Shown here piece by piece: positions 39,913-52,755 of a stretch of 64,000 bases of DNA (within the stretch, counting starts at the first letter, position 1; each line of letters opens with the position of its first letter). The position numbers and the translations under genes are program-made. The stretch covers positions 128,001 through 192,000 of the forward strand of contig CAVTRY010000014.1 of assembly GCA_963737265.1 (NCBI GenBank), in the 5' to 3' direction. The notes beneath the pieces were generated by a model, which was given only the letters and a program-made list of their open reading frames with translations, searched no databases and was not told the origin of the DNA. Origin of the DNA: an uncultured delta proteobacterium. Its GTDB lineage: Bacteria > Myxococcota_A > Polyangia > Fen-1088.

Positions 39913-41760
39913 TTACTCCTTGATGGCGGCCAGCGGGCCGCCCTTGGCGAACAAGGCGTCCACGCGCGCGGTGACGGCCGGATCGTCGGTCAAGGGCGGA
40001 GCGTGATGGCGTTTCTGCCGGGCATCGATGACGAGAGAGCCCGCGCAGCCCCAGTGTTTGTGCAGGGTGGCGGAGCCTATGCCCGCGATGTCGATGGCCG
40101 GATTCGAGCGCGTGAAGGTCACCCAAAGAAAGTTGTCGAGGCTGCGGGCGCAGAACTCGCTGTCGTCCACCAGCACGACGAGCGGAAAGGCGCTGATGGA
40201 ATCGGCTGCCGTATAGCCGGCGCAGAAAACGCCGAGATCGGCGGCCGTGCCGTCCGCAATCGCAGCATGCCCGGGTGCGCGCACGGCCAGCACGCCGGGC
40301 AGAACCACCCGTGCTTCGGAAAAGCCATCGGGCAGGCGCATGCCGGCGGGAACGGCCGTCGGCAGAGCACGCCGGGGCCGGCCCACCGCGGCCACGACAA
40401 CCTTCGACCCGCGGTGCAGCCCGGCGCCCGAGTAGTCGAGCGTGTCGATAGTGGTGCGGGTGTGGAAATGCAAATCGCGCTGCCAGTCCACGCGTAGGAG
40501 CACATGACGGAAGAACGCCGGGATATCGGCCACGCGCAGATCGGGGTCGTCGTTGTCGGCGACGATGAACAGATACTTCGCCAGCGACAGCTGGCCTTGG
40601 CCGAGCAGAGCGTTTGCTTGTGTAAGCAGTTCCTGGGGTTCGCTGCGTTCGGCAAAGGGCATGTAGCGCTCGCTGCCGATGGCGAGCAGAAGCGGGTGTA
40701 CCCCAGCCGCGTCGACGGCATGAACCGCGCGCACGCCAGGCAGCACGGCGGGAATGAGCGGGCCGGTGAGCTCGTGTACGAGCTGGCCGAATACGGTATC
40801 TTCCTGGGGCGGCCGGCCCACCACGGTGAAGGGCCAAACGGCGTCGCTGCGATGGTAGATGCGGCGCACGCGTAGCACCGGAAAATCATGCCGGAGGCTG
40901 TAGTAGCCGAGGTGATCGCCGAACGGCCCTTCCGGTTTGAGCAGGCCGGGGTGGATCTCGCCGAGGATGCAGAAATCGGCGTCCACGCACACGGGAAGCG
41001 GCCAGTCTTTCTTATGCGCGAGCTGGATGCGACGGCCGCTGAGGGCGCCGGCAAACGCCAATTCCGGAATGCCTTCCGGCAGGGGCATCATGGCCGCGAT
41101 GGTCATGGCGGGTGGCCCGCCGACGTAGATGTTCACGGGCAGGGGCTCGCCTCGACTGAGCGCCGCCGCGTGATGCACGCCGATGCCGCGATGAAGCTGA
41201 TAGTGCAGGCCCACCTCGCGATCCTTCTCGTACGCGCCGCCCGAGAGCTGAACCCGGTACATGCCAAGATTCGACGTACGGTGCCCAGGGCGGCCTGGGT
41301 CTTCGGTGTAGACCTGGGGCAACGTGATGAAGGCCCCGCCGTCGTCGGGCCAGCACTTGAGCTGGGGCAATTCGCCGACGGTGGTTTGGTTGGCAAAGAG
41401 CGGCCCGCCCGCCACGTGGCGCGGCCGGGTCCGCAGCAGGGTCATCGGCACGCTCGAATAGCGCAGCGGCCGCTTCCACAGCGCGGACGGATCTACGCGC
41501 AGCTCGATGAGGCGGCGAACCCTTTCGAGGGCGTCGCGAAAGATGAAGCGTGCGCGGTCGAGGGTCCCGAACAGATTGCTCGCCATCGGGAAGCGGCAGC
41601 CGCGCACGCGCGCGAAGTACAGGGCAGGACCGCCGGCACGAAACACCCGACGCTGGATCTCGGCCATCTCAAGCTCGGGATCGACCTCGCGGTCGATGCG
41701 GACCAGACGGCCATCGCGCTCGAGCGCGTGAACACACTCGCGGGTGGAGGTGTAGGCCAT
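39913..41760 (-). CDS. UbiD-family (prFMN) decarboxylase
   Basis: NLFGT, NLGMYR, EGPFGDHLGYYS, TVVGRPPQED. Confidence 0.92.
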   Translation of the reverse strand: MAYTSTRECVHALERDGRLVRIDREVDPELEMAEIQRRVFRAGGPALYFARVRGCRFPMASNLFGTLDRARFIFRDALERVRRLIELRVDPSALWKRPLRYSSVPMTLLRTRPRHVAGGPLFANQTTVGELPQLKCWPDDGGAFITLPQVYTEDPGRPGHRTSNLGMYRVQLSGGAYEKDREVGLHYQLHRGIGVHHAAALSRGEPLPVNIYVGGPPAMTIAAMMPLPEGIPELAFAGALSGRRIQLAHKKDWPLPVCVDADFCILGEIHPGLLKPEGPFGDHLGYYSLRHDFPVLRVRRIYHRSDAVWPFTVVGRPPQEDTVFGQLVHELTGPLIPAVLPGVRAVHAVDAAGVHPLLLAIGSERYMPFAERSEPQELLTQANALLGQGQLSLAKYLFIVADNDDPDLRVADIPAFFRHVLLRVDWQRDLHFHTRTTIDTLDYSGAGLHRGSKVVVAAVGRPRRALPTAVPAGMRLPDGFSEARVVLPGVLAVRAPGHAAIADGTAADLGVFCAGYTAADSISAFPLVVLVDDSEFCARSLDNFLWVTFTRSNPAIDIAGIGSATLHKHWGCAGSLVIDARQKRHHAPPLTDDPAVTARVDALFAKGGPLAAIKE

Positions 41761-41781
41761 CCGTTCTGCCGCCTGGCCGGG

Positions 41782-41994
41782 CTAGTTCATGCCGCAGCCG
41801 CCCTGACCGCGGTTGCTGCACGATCCGCAGGGGCTGGGCGGCAAATCCGGCGTGCCCTTGCCGACAGCGACGACCGACATCACCCGTTCGAGATCGGTCG
41901 ATTGGCAAGAAGGACACGACGACTTGGCGTCGCCGAAGACCAGGTCTTCGAACTGGCTCGAACATTTGCGACACACATATTCATAAAGCGGCAC
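41782..41994 (-). CDS. FmdB-family zinc-ribbon protein
   Basis: PLYEYVCRKC..FEDLV..CPSC..CGSC; GTG start with AGGAG RBS. Confidence 0.88.
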   Translation of the reverse strand: MPLYEYVCRKCSSQFEDLVFGDAKSSCPSCQSTDLERVMSVVAVGKGTPDLPPSPCGSCSNRGQGGCGMN

Positions 41995-42105
41995 GCGAGA
42001 ACTCCTTTTGCGAAGCCCAAGGTTAGCAGCAGTCGGGCTTCCGTCCGGAGAATCTACTCTCATCTGGCGAGTTCCGAAATGCTTCCTCTGGCATAATGGT
42101 CCATC

Positions 42106-42750
42106 TTGCGCGGATCGAATTCTGGTGCGACGGCACTCGGCATCTGTGTCGCGTTGCTGTTTGCCACCGACAGCTACGGCGTGGTTTTCCGCGGCACCCG
42201 CGCGCCCATTTCTCCCGACCTGGCCACGCGCATGCGCCAATATTCGTGGCGCGAAGGGTGCCCGACTGCCGTTGCAGACCTGGCCTACCTGCGCCTGAGC
42301 CACTTCGGCTACGACGGATCCGTGCACGACGGAGAGCTGGTCGTCCACAAGGATGTCGCAGACCAAGTGCTGGTCATCTTCAGGGCGCTGTTCAGGCGGC
42401 GTTTTCCCATCGAAAAGATGCGCGTCATCGACGACTACCAGGGCAGCGACGATGCCTCGATGGCGGACAACAACACCTCGGGGTTCAACTGTCGGTTCGT
42501 GGCGGGCAAGCCGGGTGTCTTTTCCAAGCACAGCCAAGGCCGCGCCATCGACATCAATCCGCGCACCAATCCCATGGTCACCGCCGACGAAGTTTCGCCG
42601 CCCACCGGCGTGGGGTTTGTGGATCGGCGCAGGAATGCCAGCGGGATTCTGCGCGCCGGCGATGCGGCCGTGGTCGAATTCACACGTCGGGGATGGACGT
42701 GGGGAGGGGCGTGGGCCGCGATGAAAGACTACCAACATTTCGAGAAGTAG
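42106..42750 (+). CDS. M15-family (D,D-peptidase-like) metallopeptidase
   Basis: SWREGCP, NNTSGFNCR, SKHSQGRAIDINP, GWTWGG, DYQHF. Confidence 0.88.
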   Translation: MRGSNSGATALGICVALLFATDSYGVVFRGTRAPISPDLATRMRQYSWREGCPTAVADLAYLRLSHFGYDGSVHDGELVVHKDVADQVLVIFRALFRRRFPIEKMRVIDDYQGSDDASMADNNTSGFNCRFVAGKPGVFSKHSQGRAIDINPRTNPMVTADEVSPPTGVGFVDRRRNASGILRAGDAAVVEFTRRGWTWGGAWAAMKDYQHFEK

Positions 42751-42856
42751 GCCGACCCAACAAGACGCTCGCCCCATTCGCATGCGAGAATTCTCCTTTG
42801 TCTGGGCGCACTGGATCATGCACTAATACACCGATGCCTAAAGGAGACTGGTCGCG

Positions 42857-43597
42857 ATGATTCGTGGGAAGAAAGTGGTTGTCGTCATGCCCGCCTACAA
42901 CGCGGGCAAGACGCTTCGATCCACCTGTGCGGAAGTGCCGATGGATATCGTGGACGAGATCATCCTCGTCGACGACGCCAGTCGAGACGAGACCGTGGCG
43001 GTGGCCAAGGAGCTGGGGCTCAAGACGGTCGTGCACCCGCGCAACCGCGGCTACGGTGGTAACCAGAAATCTTGCTACAAAACGGCGCTCGCAGCAGGCG
43101 CCGACATCGTCGTCATGCTCCATCCCGACTACCAATACACGCCCAAGTTGGTGTCGGCCATGGCCTACGTTTTGGAATCTGGCCTCTACGACGTCGTCCT
43201 CGGCTCGCGCATTCTGGGTGGCCAGGCGCTCAAGGGCGGCATGCCGATGTACAAATACATCAGCAATCGCTTCTTGACCATGGCTCAGAATCTTCTCATG
43301 GGAGCCAAGCTGTCCGAGTACCACACCGGCTACCGCGCCTTTACCCGCAAGGTGCTTGAAACCGTGCCCATCGAGAGAAATTCGGACGACTTCGTGTTCG
43401 ACAACCAAATGCTGGCGCAAATTCACCACGCCGGCTTCAGCATCGCCGAGATCACCTGCCCAGCCAAGTACTTCAAGGAAGCTTCGTCCATCAACTTCAA
43501 CCGCAGCCTGCGCTATGGCCTTGGTTGCCTCTCGACCGCGCTGCGCTTTCGCCTGAGCAAGATGCGCATTCTCCGGTCGAAGCTGTTTAGTCCCTAG
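42857..43597 (+). CDS. Family 2 glycosyltransferase (DPM1-like)
   Basis: VVMPAYNA, ILVDDASRD, NRGYGGNQK, HPDYQY. Confidence 0.93.
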   Translation: MIRGKKVVVVMPAYNAGKTLRSTCAEVPMDIVDEIILVDDASRDETVAVAKELGLKTVVHPRNRGYGGNQKSCYKTALAAGADIVVMLHPDYQYTPKLVSAMAYVLESGLYDVVLGSRILGGQALKGGMPMYKYISNRFLTMAQNLLMGAKLSEYHTGYRAFTRKVLETVPIERNSDDFVFDNQMLAQIHHAGFSIAEITCPAKYFKEASSINFNRSLRYGLGCLSTALRFRLSKMRILRSKLFSP

Positions 43598-43786
43598 CGG
43601 GGCGCACGTCAGACGGTGTCCCTCGCCGACAGTAGGGCTTTCCCTTACAGTGTGGGGCCATGCCGCCAGGGAAAGATTCAGCTTGTGGGCTCGGACGAGT
43701 TCGTATCACAATCGACGCTCACCCCGGCTGGGCCAGTGAGCGGGGCCACTCGAGTCCCGTCGGCAGTCGTCGTACGCAGCAGGCAA

Positions 43787-44599
43787 ATGTTCATGGGCGC
43801 GACAATCAAACGGCTCCTTCTTGCGCCGATACTTGCGATTTCGGTTGCCTGCACGGTCAACTCCTCGGGCATCGGCGTCGTCAGCGCGGGTGGAGCCGGG
43901 GCAACCCGCGCTGACGGCGGTCAAGGCCACGACACCGGCCGGTTCTTCGACGTGAACCCACCTGGATCCGGTGGCGGGACCGGTGGCGGCGGAGCGGCGG
44001 GCGGGGGCAACGCCGACTTGGGACCGGTGGACACCGCGGCCTCAAAATGCGCGGAGCGCGGCGGCCAGTATGGTCCCGCCGGATGCGTCTTCGATTGCAG
44101 CGTGCCGGGAGCCTGTGCGGCAGCCATCGTGTGCCCCTCTGGACAGCCCTGTCAGGTCACATGCGGTACTTCCGGTTGCGCCGGCGGCGTCGACTGCGCG
44201 CAAGGAAAGAGCTGCACCATCGCTTGCGGTCAGGGGAACTCTTGCGCCGGCCCGGTCGTGTGTAGCGGCAGTCAGTGCACGGTCACCTGTGCCGAGGACA
44301 GCGCCTGTGCCGGTGGCGTGACTAGCAGCGCGGCCAGCGCGCAGATAAGCTGCGCTGGCCAGAACAGTTGCGGCGCAATCGTGGCTTGCTCGGGAAATCA
44401 GTGCAATATCGGCTGCGGCGGCAATGGTTCCTGCAAGGCAGGCGTTGTCACCAGCGCGAGTAGCAACGCGATCCTTTGTGCCGGTGTGAATTCGTGCAAA
44501 CAGAGCGTGCAGTGCAGCGGTGCGAGTTGCCAGATCGGGTGCACCGGATCGGGCGCCTGCGCGGGTGGCAAGTCTTGCTTTGCCAGCACGTGCAGCTAG
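43787..44599 (+). CDS. Cysteine-rich repeat lipoprotein
   Basis: LAISVAC lipobox, Gly-rich linker, repeated C-x-G-x2-S/A-C units. Confidence 0.75.
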   Translation: MFMGATIKRLLLAPILAISVACTVNSSGIGVVSAGGAGATRADGGQGHDTGRFFDVNPPGSGGGTGGGGAAGGGNADLGPVDTAASKCAERGGQYGPAGCVFDCSVPGACAAAIVCPSGQPCQVTCGTSGCAGGVDCAQGKSCTIACGQGNSCAGPVVCSGSQCTVTCAEDSACAGGVTSSAASAQISCAGQNSCGAIVACSGNQCNIGCGGNGSCKAGVVTSASSNAILCAGVNSCKQSVQCSGASCQIGCTGSGACAGGKSCFASTCS

Positions 44600-44759
44600 C
44601 TCGGTCGGGCGAGGGCCGCCCCAGGTTTGCGCTCCTTCCTCGGGCACGTTCGGAGCTGACCTCGGCGCCGGAACAGTGTATGTTGGCCCAGGGACTCGGC
44701 CAAGGTTGCTGGGAATCTCGCCCACGTTCCCGTAAGATCAAGCAGTAATACGCTGATAC

Positions 44760-47594
<2,835 letters not shown>

Positions 47595-47658
47595 CGCGAG
47601 TTTGCCAACAGCCGACTGGGCGCGCCAGGCGCGCGCTGATAGACTCCGCCCGCAAACC

Positions 47659-48834
47659 ATGGCGGTCAGCTTTCCGCGCCAGTTCGGCAAGTACGTTCTC
47701 CTCAAGCCCCTGGCCAAGGGCGGAATGGGCGAGATCTACCTCGCGGCCCTGGGCCAGCTCGACGGCTTCGACAAACTCTGTGTCATCAAGAAGGTCATTC
47801 CAGAGAAAACCGACGCCGGCAAGGCCAAGCGCTTTCTCGACGAGGCCAAGGTCGTCCTGCGTCTCACCCACTCGGGCCTGGTCAACACCTTCGACGCCGG
47901 CCAAGTCGACCGCGAATTCTACATCGCCATGGAAATGGTCGAGGGCAAGGATCTGCGCGAGGTATGGAATCGCTGCGTGCGGGTTCGCCACCGCATCCCC
48001 ATCGAGGTCGCACTCCACGTGGCGCGTGAGCTGGCGCGCACCCTGGCCTACGTGCACGACTACGGCAACCTGAAGCTCGTGCACCGGGATGTGGCGCCAC
48101 CCAACATCATGCTGGCCTACAACGGCGACGTGAAGCTGACCGACTTCGGCCTGGCCCGCAGCGCGCTCAAGCAGGAGCACACCCAGCCCGGCGTGGTCTT
48201 CGGCCGCGCGGCGTACCTCGCGCCCGAGCAGGCGCGCGGCGAGGTCGCGGATCCACGCACCGACGTGTACTCGCTGGCGGTGGTGCTGTGGGAGCTGCTC
48301 ACCGGACACCAATACCTGCAGATCACCGGCCTCGATCCCGTGGCCGCGCTCGCGCTGGTTCGTCACCCCAAGCCCACGCCGCCGTCCACACGCGCGCCGT
48401 GGGTCACGCCCGCCATGGATCAGGTTCTCTTGCGCGCACTCGCCCCGGACAGAGCCCAGCGCTTCGACAACGCCGAGGAATTCCGTCTCGCGCTTTCCGA
48501 GGCCATTGCCGAAGCGGCTCCCCGCACCGACGCCGCGCGCGTGTCCGAGCTGATGCACGCCATCTACAACAAGGCCATCGGCGAGGAAAGTGCCGAGCGC
48601 GAGCGATTCGTCAAGGAAGTGCTGCCCTCGTTTCGCGCGTCGACCACGCCCCCGCCCGTGCCGGCGCGGGCACAGACGTCCTTGAGGGGCGAGCCGAATG
48701 GCGCGGGTCCGCAGGCCGCGCCCGCGGCGCAAGGTGACGACGACCGCGAAGCGCGCAAGCGGGCCAAGCGCGAGGCCGCGCTCAAGGTTCTCGCCGAACT
48801 GGCGGCCGAAGATGCGACGGCTTCACGCAAGTAG
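47659..48834 (+). CDS. Ser/Thr protein kinase
   Basis: GGMGEIY, HRDVAPPN, DFGLA, YLAPE; clear paralogue of domain 1 of the upstream kinase. Confidence 0.92.
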   Translation: MAVSFPRQFGKYVLLKPLAKGGMGEIYLAALGQLDGFDKLCVIKKVIPEKTDAGKAKRFLDEAKVVLRLTHSGLVNTFDAGQVDREFYIAMEMVEGKDLREVWNRCVRVRHRIPIEVALHVARELARTLAYVHDYGNLKLVHRDVAPPNIMLAYNGDVKLTDFGLARSALKQEHTQPGVVFGRAAYLAPEQARGEVADPRTDVYSLAVVLWELLTGHQYLQITGLDPVAALALVRHPKPTPPSTRAPWVTPAMDQVLLRALAPDRAQRFDNAEEFRLALSEAIAEAAPRTDAARVSELMHAIYNKAIGEESAERERFVKEVLPSFRASTTPPPVPARAQTSLRGEPNGAGPQAAPAAQGDDDREARKRAKREAALKVLAELAAEDATASRK

Positions 48835-48846
48835 GTTCCGCCGTTG

Positions 48847-49938
48847 ATGTCCGCCGAGGCCGAGTCGCTTCCGCGCGTGGCCGTGGTCACGGTTCTCTAT
48901 CGTTGCGAGAAATTCATTGCCGGACTTATCGCGGGCCTGGCGTCGGTCGACTATCCGCGCGCGCGTCTCGAGTTTCATCTGGTCGACAACGGCGCCGGCG
49001 ACGGAAGTCTGGCAGTCGCTCGACAAGAGATCGAACGCCAGCGCGCCAGCCTGCCCGCCATCGTGATTCACGAACCCGGCGCCAACGTGGGCTTCGCCGT
49101 CGGCAACAACATCGCCCTGCGCGCCGCCATCGCCGGCGGGGCCGACTACTGCTTTCTGCTCAATCCCGACGCCAGGTTCGAGCCCGCAGCGCTGCGCGAA
49201 GCCGTGCGCGTGGCCGAGAGTGCGCCCGATGTGGGATCGGTTCAATCGTTGCTCGTGCTGGGCGACGAGCCCGAGGTCGTCAACAGCAGCGGCAACCACA
49301 TCCACTTTCTCGGCTTCGGCTACGTCGGCGGCTACCGAACCTTGCGCGCCGACGTTCCGCCCGAAGCGCGCGACATCGCCTTTTCGTCGGGCGCCTGCGT
49401 GCTGCTGCCCGTGCGGGTCCTCAAGCAGGTCGGCCTTTTCGACGAAACCCTGTGGCTCTATCACGAAGATCTGGATCTCGGCTGGCGCATTCGCCTGGCC
49501 GGGTTTCGCAACCTCGTCGCTCCGGCCAGCGTGTGCCGGCACCACTACGAATTCGCGCGCGCTCTTTCCAAGTGGTACTGGATGGAGCGTAACCGCTCGA
49601 TCGTGGTGCTCAAAAACTACCGCCTGGCCACCATTATGTTGCTGCTGCCGGCGCTGCTTCTCGCCGACTGCGGCTTGCTGGCGATGGCGTGCAAGGGCGG
49701 CTGGCTGCGCGCCAAGCTGCGCGCGCTGCTTTGGTTCTGCCGACCCTCCGCCTGGCGCTACCTGTGGCGCGGCCGGCGCGACATCGCGCGCATTCGCCGC
49801 GTTCCCGATCGCGAGCTGCTGCGCCACTTCACCGCCGTCATCGACTATCCCGATTTCCGAAGGCCGGTCGTCACGAGGGTCGTCGAACCGGTATGGAAGG
49901 CGATGTTCGCGCTCGTGCGCGCGCTCGTGCGCTGGTAG
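48847..49938 (+). CDS. Family 2 glycosyltransferase (rhamnosyltransferase-like)
   Basis: VDNG, NVGFAVGNN, LLNPD, SGAC, YHEDLDLGWR. Confidence 0.9.
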   Translation: MSAEAESLPRVAVVTVLYRCEKFIAGLIAGLASVDYPRARLEFHLVDNGAGDGSLAVARQEIERQRASLPAIVIHEPGANVGFAVGNNIALRAAIAGGADYCFLLNPDARFEPAALREAVRVAESAPDVGSVQSLLVLGDEPEVVNSSGNHIHFLGFGYVGGYRTLRADVPPEARDIAFSSGACVLLPVRVLKQVGLFDETLWLYHEDLDLGWRIRLAGFRNLVAPASVCRHHYEFARALSKWYWMERNRSIVVLKNYRLATIMLLLPALLLADCGLLAMACKGGWLRAKLRALLWFCRPSAWRYLWRGRRDIARIRRVPDRELLRHFTAVIDYPDFRRPVVTRVVEPVWKAMFALVRALVRW

Positions 49939-49984
49939 CTCCGGGCTTGTGCGACGAAGCCGTCACTCGTTGGGTGCGGAGCGA

Positions 49985-50839
49985 CTAGTGAGCCAAGATG
50001 GCGTCCAAGATTACGGCGCCCATCACCATCACGGCGTAATAGTTGATGGCGTGAAAGGCTTGGCGGAAGCCCTGTTTGCTGGGCGCGCGCAGGGAGCGCC
50101 AGGCGACCGCCGTCAGCCACGCGCCGGCGGCAGCAAGTCCGAGGCCAAGGAAGGGCGAGCTCGACAAGCCGAAGATGGGCAAAAGCAGCGCCGATGCCGC
50201 GGTGGCCGCCGTCCACACGAAGGTCACGCGCGATAGGGAATCCACGCCCATGCGTCGGATGAAGGTGGGGAAGTTGGCGTGCTCGTAATCTCCGCTGATC
50301 CGCAGAGCGAGCAGCCAGAAGTGCGGAACCTGCCACATGAGCAGAAAGAACGAGAGGGACAAGATGGGTCCGTTGAGGGCACCGCCAGCGCACACCCAGC
50401 CGATGGCGGGCGGAATCGCGCCGATAACGGATCCGACGACAGAGGCGAGAGAGCTGACGCGCTTGAGGTAGGTGTAAAAACCGTTGTACCAAAGCACGGC
50501 GAGAGCGCCCAGGCCCACCGCCAGCCGGCCGCCAAAGAGCCAGAGGCCCGCGAGGGCCACAGCAGCCAAAACGGCAGCCAATGCCACCGCCGCCGTGGGC
50601 GAGATTTTTCCCGCGGGGATGGGCCGGCGGCGCGTTCGCTCCATCAGCGCATCCAGTTTGTGTTCCTGTGCCTCGTTGAGCGCGCAGGCGGCGAAGGCCA
50701 GCAGCAGGACCACGCCTGAAACCGGCAGCAAGCGCCAGGTCAGCGCGTGGGTGAAGGCCAGGTATCCGGTCGCGGCGGATACCGTCGACATGATCGAAAT
50801 CGGGAACTTGAAGAGCTCAACGAGGTCGTGGCGGTTCAC
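49985..50839 (-). CDS. ctaB: Protoheme IX farnesyltransferase (heme o synthase)
   Basis: DALMERTRRRPIPAG, YTYLKR, GAIPPAIGW, WQVPHF. Confidence 0.92.
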   Translation of the reverse strand: MNRHDLVELFKFPISIMSTVSAATGYLAFTHALTWRLLPVSGVVLLLAFAACALNEAQEHKLDALMERTRRRPIPAGKISPTAAVALAAVLAAVALAGLWLFGGRLAVGLGALAVLWYNGFYTYLKRVSSLASVVGSVIGAIPPAIGWVCAGGALNGPILSLSFFLLMWQVPHFWLLALRISGDYEHANFPTFIRRMGVDSLSRVTFVWTAATAASALLLPIFGLSSSPFLGLGLAAAGAWLTAVAWRSLRAPSKQGFRQAFHAINYYAVMVMGAVILDAILAH

Positions 50840-50853
50840 GGCGTTCTCTTTCG

Positions 50854-51789
50854 TCACTGCAATGATTTGATGTACGCGGCCAGGTCGGCGACATCGCCTT
50901 CGCTGAGGTCGGCTTTGGGCATCTGCGGCGCGAATCCCTTCACCACCTCCTTGGGCGGGTGGCTGATGGATCGTTTGATGTAGTCGTCGTCGGCGGTCAG
51001 GGTGATTTCCTTGCCTTCGGTCAGCACGGTGACTTGGCTGCCGAACAATCCTTTCCAGGTTGGGCCTACCAGCTTGGACCCGTCGGTGGTGTGGCACGCC
51101 ACGCAGCCTTTGAGCTTGAAGTCGCGTTCACCCTTGGCCGGATCTGGCGGGCCCGATGCGGCTGCTGCCAGAGTGGGCGGATCGGATGAGTCGCCGAAAT
51201 ACCAGGCGGAAAAATCTGATTCCGGCATCACGCGGACCTTGGACAGCATGTACGAGTGGTTCACGCCGCACATGACCGTGCACTCGATGTCGAAATCGCC
51301 CAATTGGGTGGCCTGAAACCAGGTGTAATTGTCCTTGCCGGGAACCACGTCGGCCTTAATCCGGAACGCCGGCACGTAGAACCCGTGCAGAACGTCCAAC
51401 GACTTGAGGTCGAGGCGCACCGGCCGGCCAATTGCGGCGTAAAGCTCGGTGCTTTGCTTGCCATTGGGATAGGTAAACGACCACGCCCATTGCCGGGCGG
51501 TCACCTTGACGACCATGGCGTCGCGCGGGACCTCGCGCAGGTAGCGATAATTGGTCCAGCCGTAATAGAACATGCTGAGGAACAGCACCAGCGGGATCCC
51601 CGTCCAGGCCAGCTCCAGGGCTCTGTGGCCGTGGATGTCCTGGCCTTGCGCGCCGGACGATCGCCGGTAGCGCACGACGAAGTAGATCATCACGAAGGTG
51701 ATGAAGACGAGGAAGGCGATGGTGAGCGCGGAAATGTAGAGAAAGACCGCATCCACCTTGTCTGAAACGCTGGAAGCACCGCCAAACAT
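50854..51789 (-). CDS. coxB: Cytochrome c oxidase subunit II with fused cytochrome c
   Basis: Two TM helices, QWAWSF, DVLHGF, CTVMCGVNHSYM CuA site, CVACH. Confidence 0.94.
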   Translation of the reverse strand: MFGGASSVSDKVDAVFLYISALTIAFLVFITFVMIYFVVRYRRSSGAQGQDIHGHRALELAWTGIPLVLFLSMFYYGWTNYRYLREVPRDAMVVKVTARQWAWSFTYPNGKQSTELYAAIGRPVRLDLKSLDVLHGFYVPAFRIKADVVPGKDNYTWFQATQLGDFDIECTVMCGVNHSYMLSKVRVMPESDFSAWYFGDSSDPPTLAAAASGPPDPAKGERDFKLKGCVACHTTDGSKLVGPTWKGLFGSQVTVLTEGKEITLTADDDYIKRSISHPPKEVVKGFAPQMPKADLSEGDVADLAAYIKSLQ

Positions 51790-51795
51790 CGTTAT

Positions 51796-52098
51796 CTACC
51801 TGTAGAGGTAATCCGAAAAGGTGAGGAAGACAAAGATCACCAGGACCGAAAGCGCGGCGGCAACCATGTACTTGAGGGCCGCGCTCTCGTACTTGAGGTG
51901 CATGAAGTAGAAGAATACCAGGCTTGCCTTGGTCGGCGTGATAACGAGCAGCCCCAGGAGAGCGAGGTTGGGTTTGTGGGTAAGGCTTAGCGCTACCAGA
52001 GCAGCGGTCAGGGCCACAAGTGCGATCCAAACCTTGATGAAGGTGCCATAGCCGACGATGTGCATGGGCTCGGCTTCGTGTGGCATGTTGTTGCTCAT
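51796..52098 (-). CDS. Cytochrome c oxidase subunit IV
   Basis: VWIALVALT, KASLVFFYFMHLKYE. Confidence 0.88.
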   Translation of the reverse strand: MSNNMPHEAEPMHIVGYGTFIKVWIALVALTAALVALSLTHKPNLALLGLLVITPTKASLVFFYFMHLKYESAALKYMVAAALSVLVIFVFLTFSDYLYR

Positions 52099-52119
52099 GT
52101 TCGATTGCTCATAGGATCG

Positions 52120-52755
52120 CTAGGCCGCCAAATAGAATAGGGGAAGCAGAAAGATCCAGATCACGTCGACGAGGTGCCAGTAAAGACCGGTGTTTTCCAG
52201 CTTGATGAAGTCGTCATGGCGAATCTTGTCGCGCGCCAGGAGCGTCAGCATCACGGACATCACCACGATTCCGACGGTGACGTGCAGCCCGTGGAGTCCA
52301 GTCATGCCGTAATACAGGCTAAAGAATAGCGGCTCGCCCAGCGGGCGCTGAAGAAGGGTGGCCGAGCCGGGATAGAAGCCATGATGAATCTCGGCCTTCC
52401 ATTCGAAGAATTTGTTCACCAGGAAGACGCAGCCAAGCAGCATCGTGGACGCGAGGAACAACATCGACTGAGTTTTGCGCTTGAGCTGGATGGCAATGAT
52501 GGAGAGCGCCATGGTCAAGCTGCTGGTCAGCAGAACCACGGTGTTGGTGACGCCCAAGGTGACGTTGAGATGACCGGCAGCCTCATGAAATTCGTGGGGA
52601 TGCATCGAACGATACATGCCGTAGGCAATGAATAGGCCGCCGAATAGAATGAGCTCGGTAAAAACGAAAATCCACATCCCCAGCTTCGCGCCGGTGTAGT
52701 CGCGGTGCTCGGTTGCGTGGTGTTCCGCGGCGCGGGGTTCGGCCGGCGCGCTCAT
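52120..52755 (-). CDS. coxC: Cytochrome c oxidase subunit III
   Basis: GMWIFVFTELILFGGLF, NTVVLLTSS, TGLHGLHV, YWHLVDVIW. Confidence 0.94.
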   Translation of the reverse strand: MSAPAEPRAAEHHATEHRDYTGAKLGMWIFVFTELILFGGLFIAYGMYRSMHPHEFHEAAGHLNVTLGVTNTVVLLTSSLTMALSIIAIQLKRKTQSMLFLASTMLLGCVFLVNKFFEWKAEIHHGFYPGSATLLQRPLGEPLFFSLYYGMTGLHGLHVTVGIVVMSVMLTLLARDKIRHDDFIKLENTGLYWHLVDVIWIFLLPLFYLAA

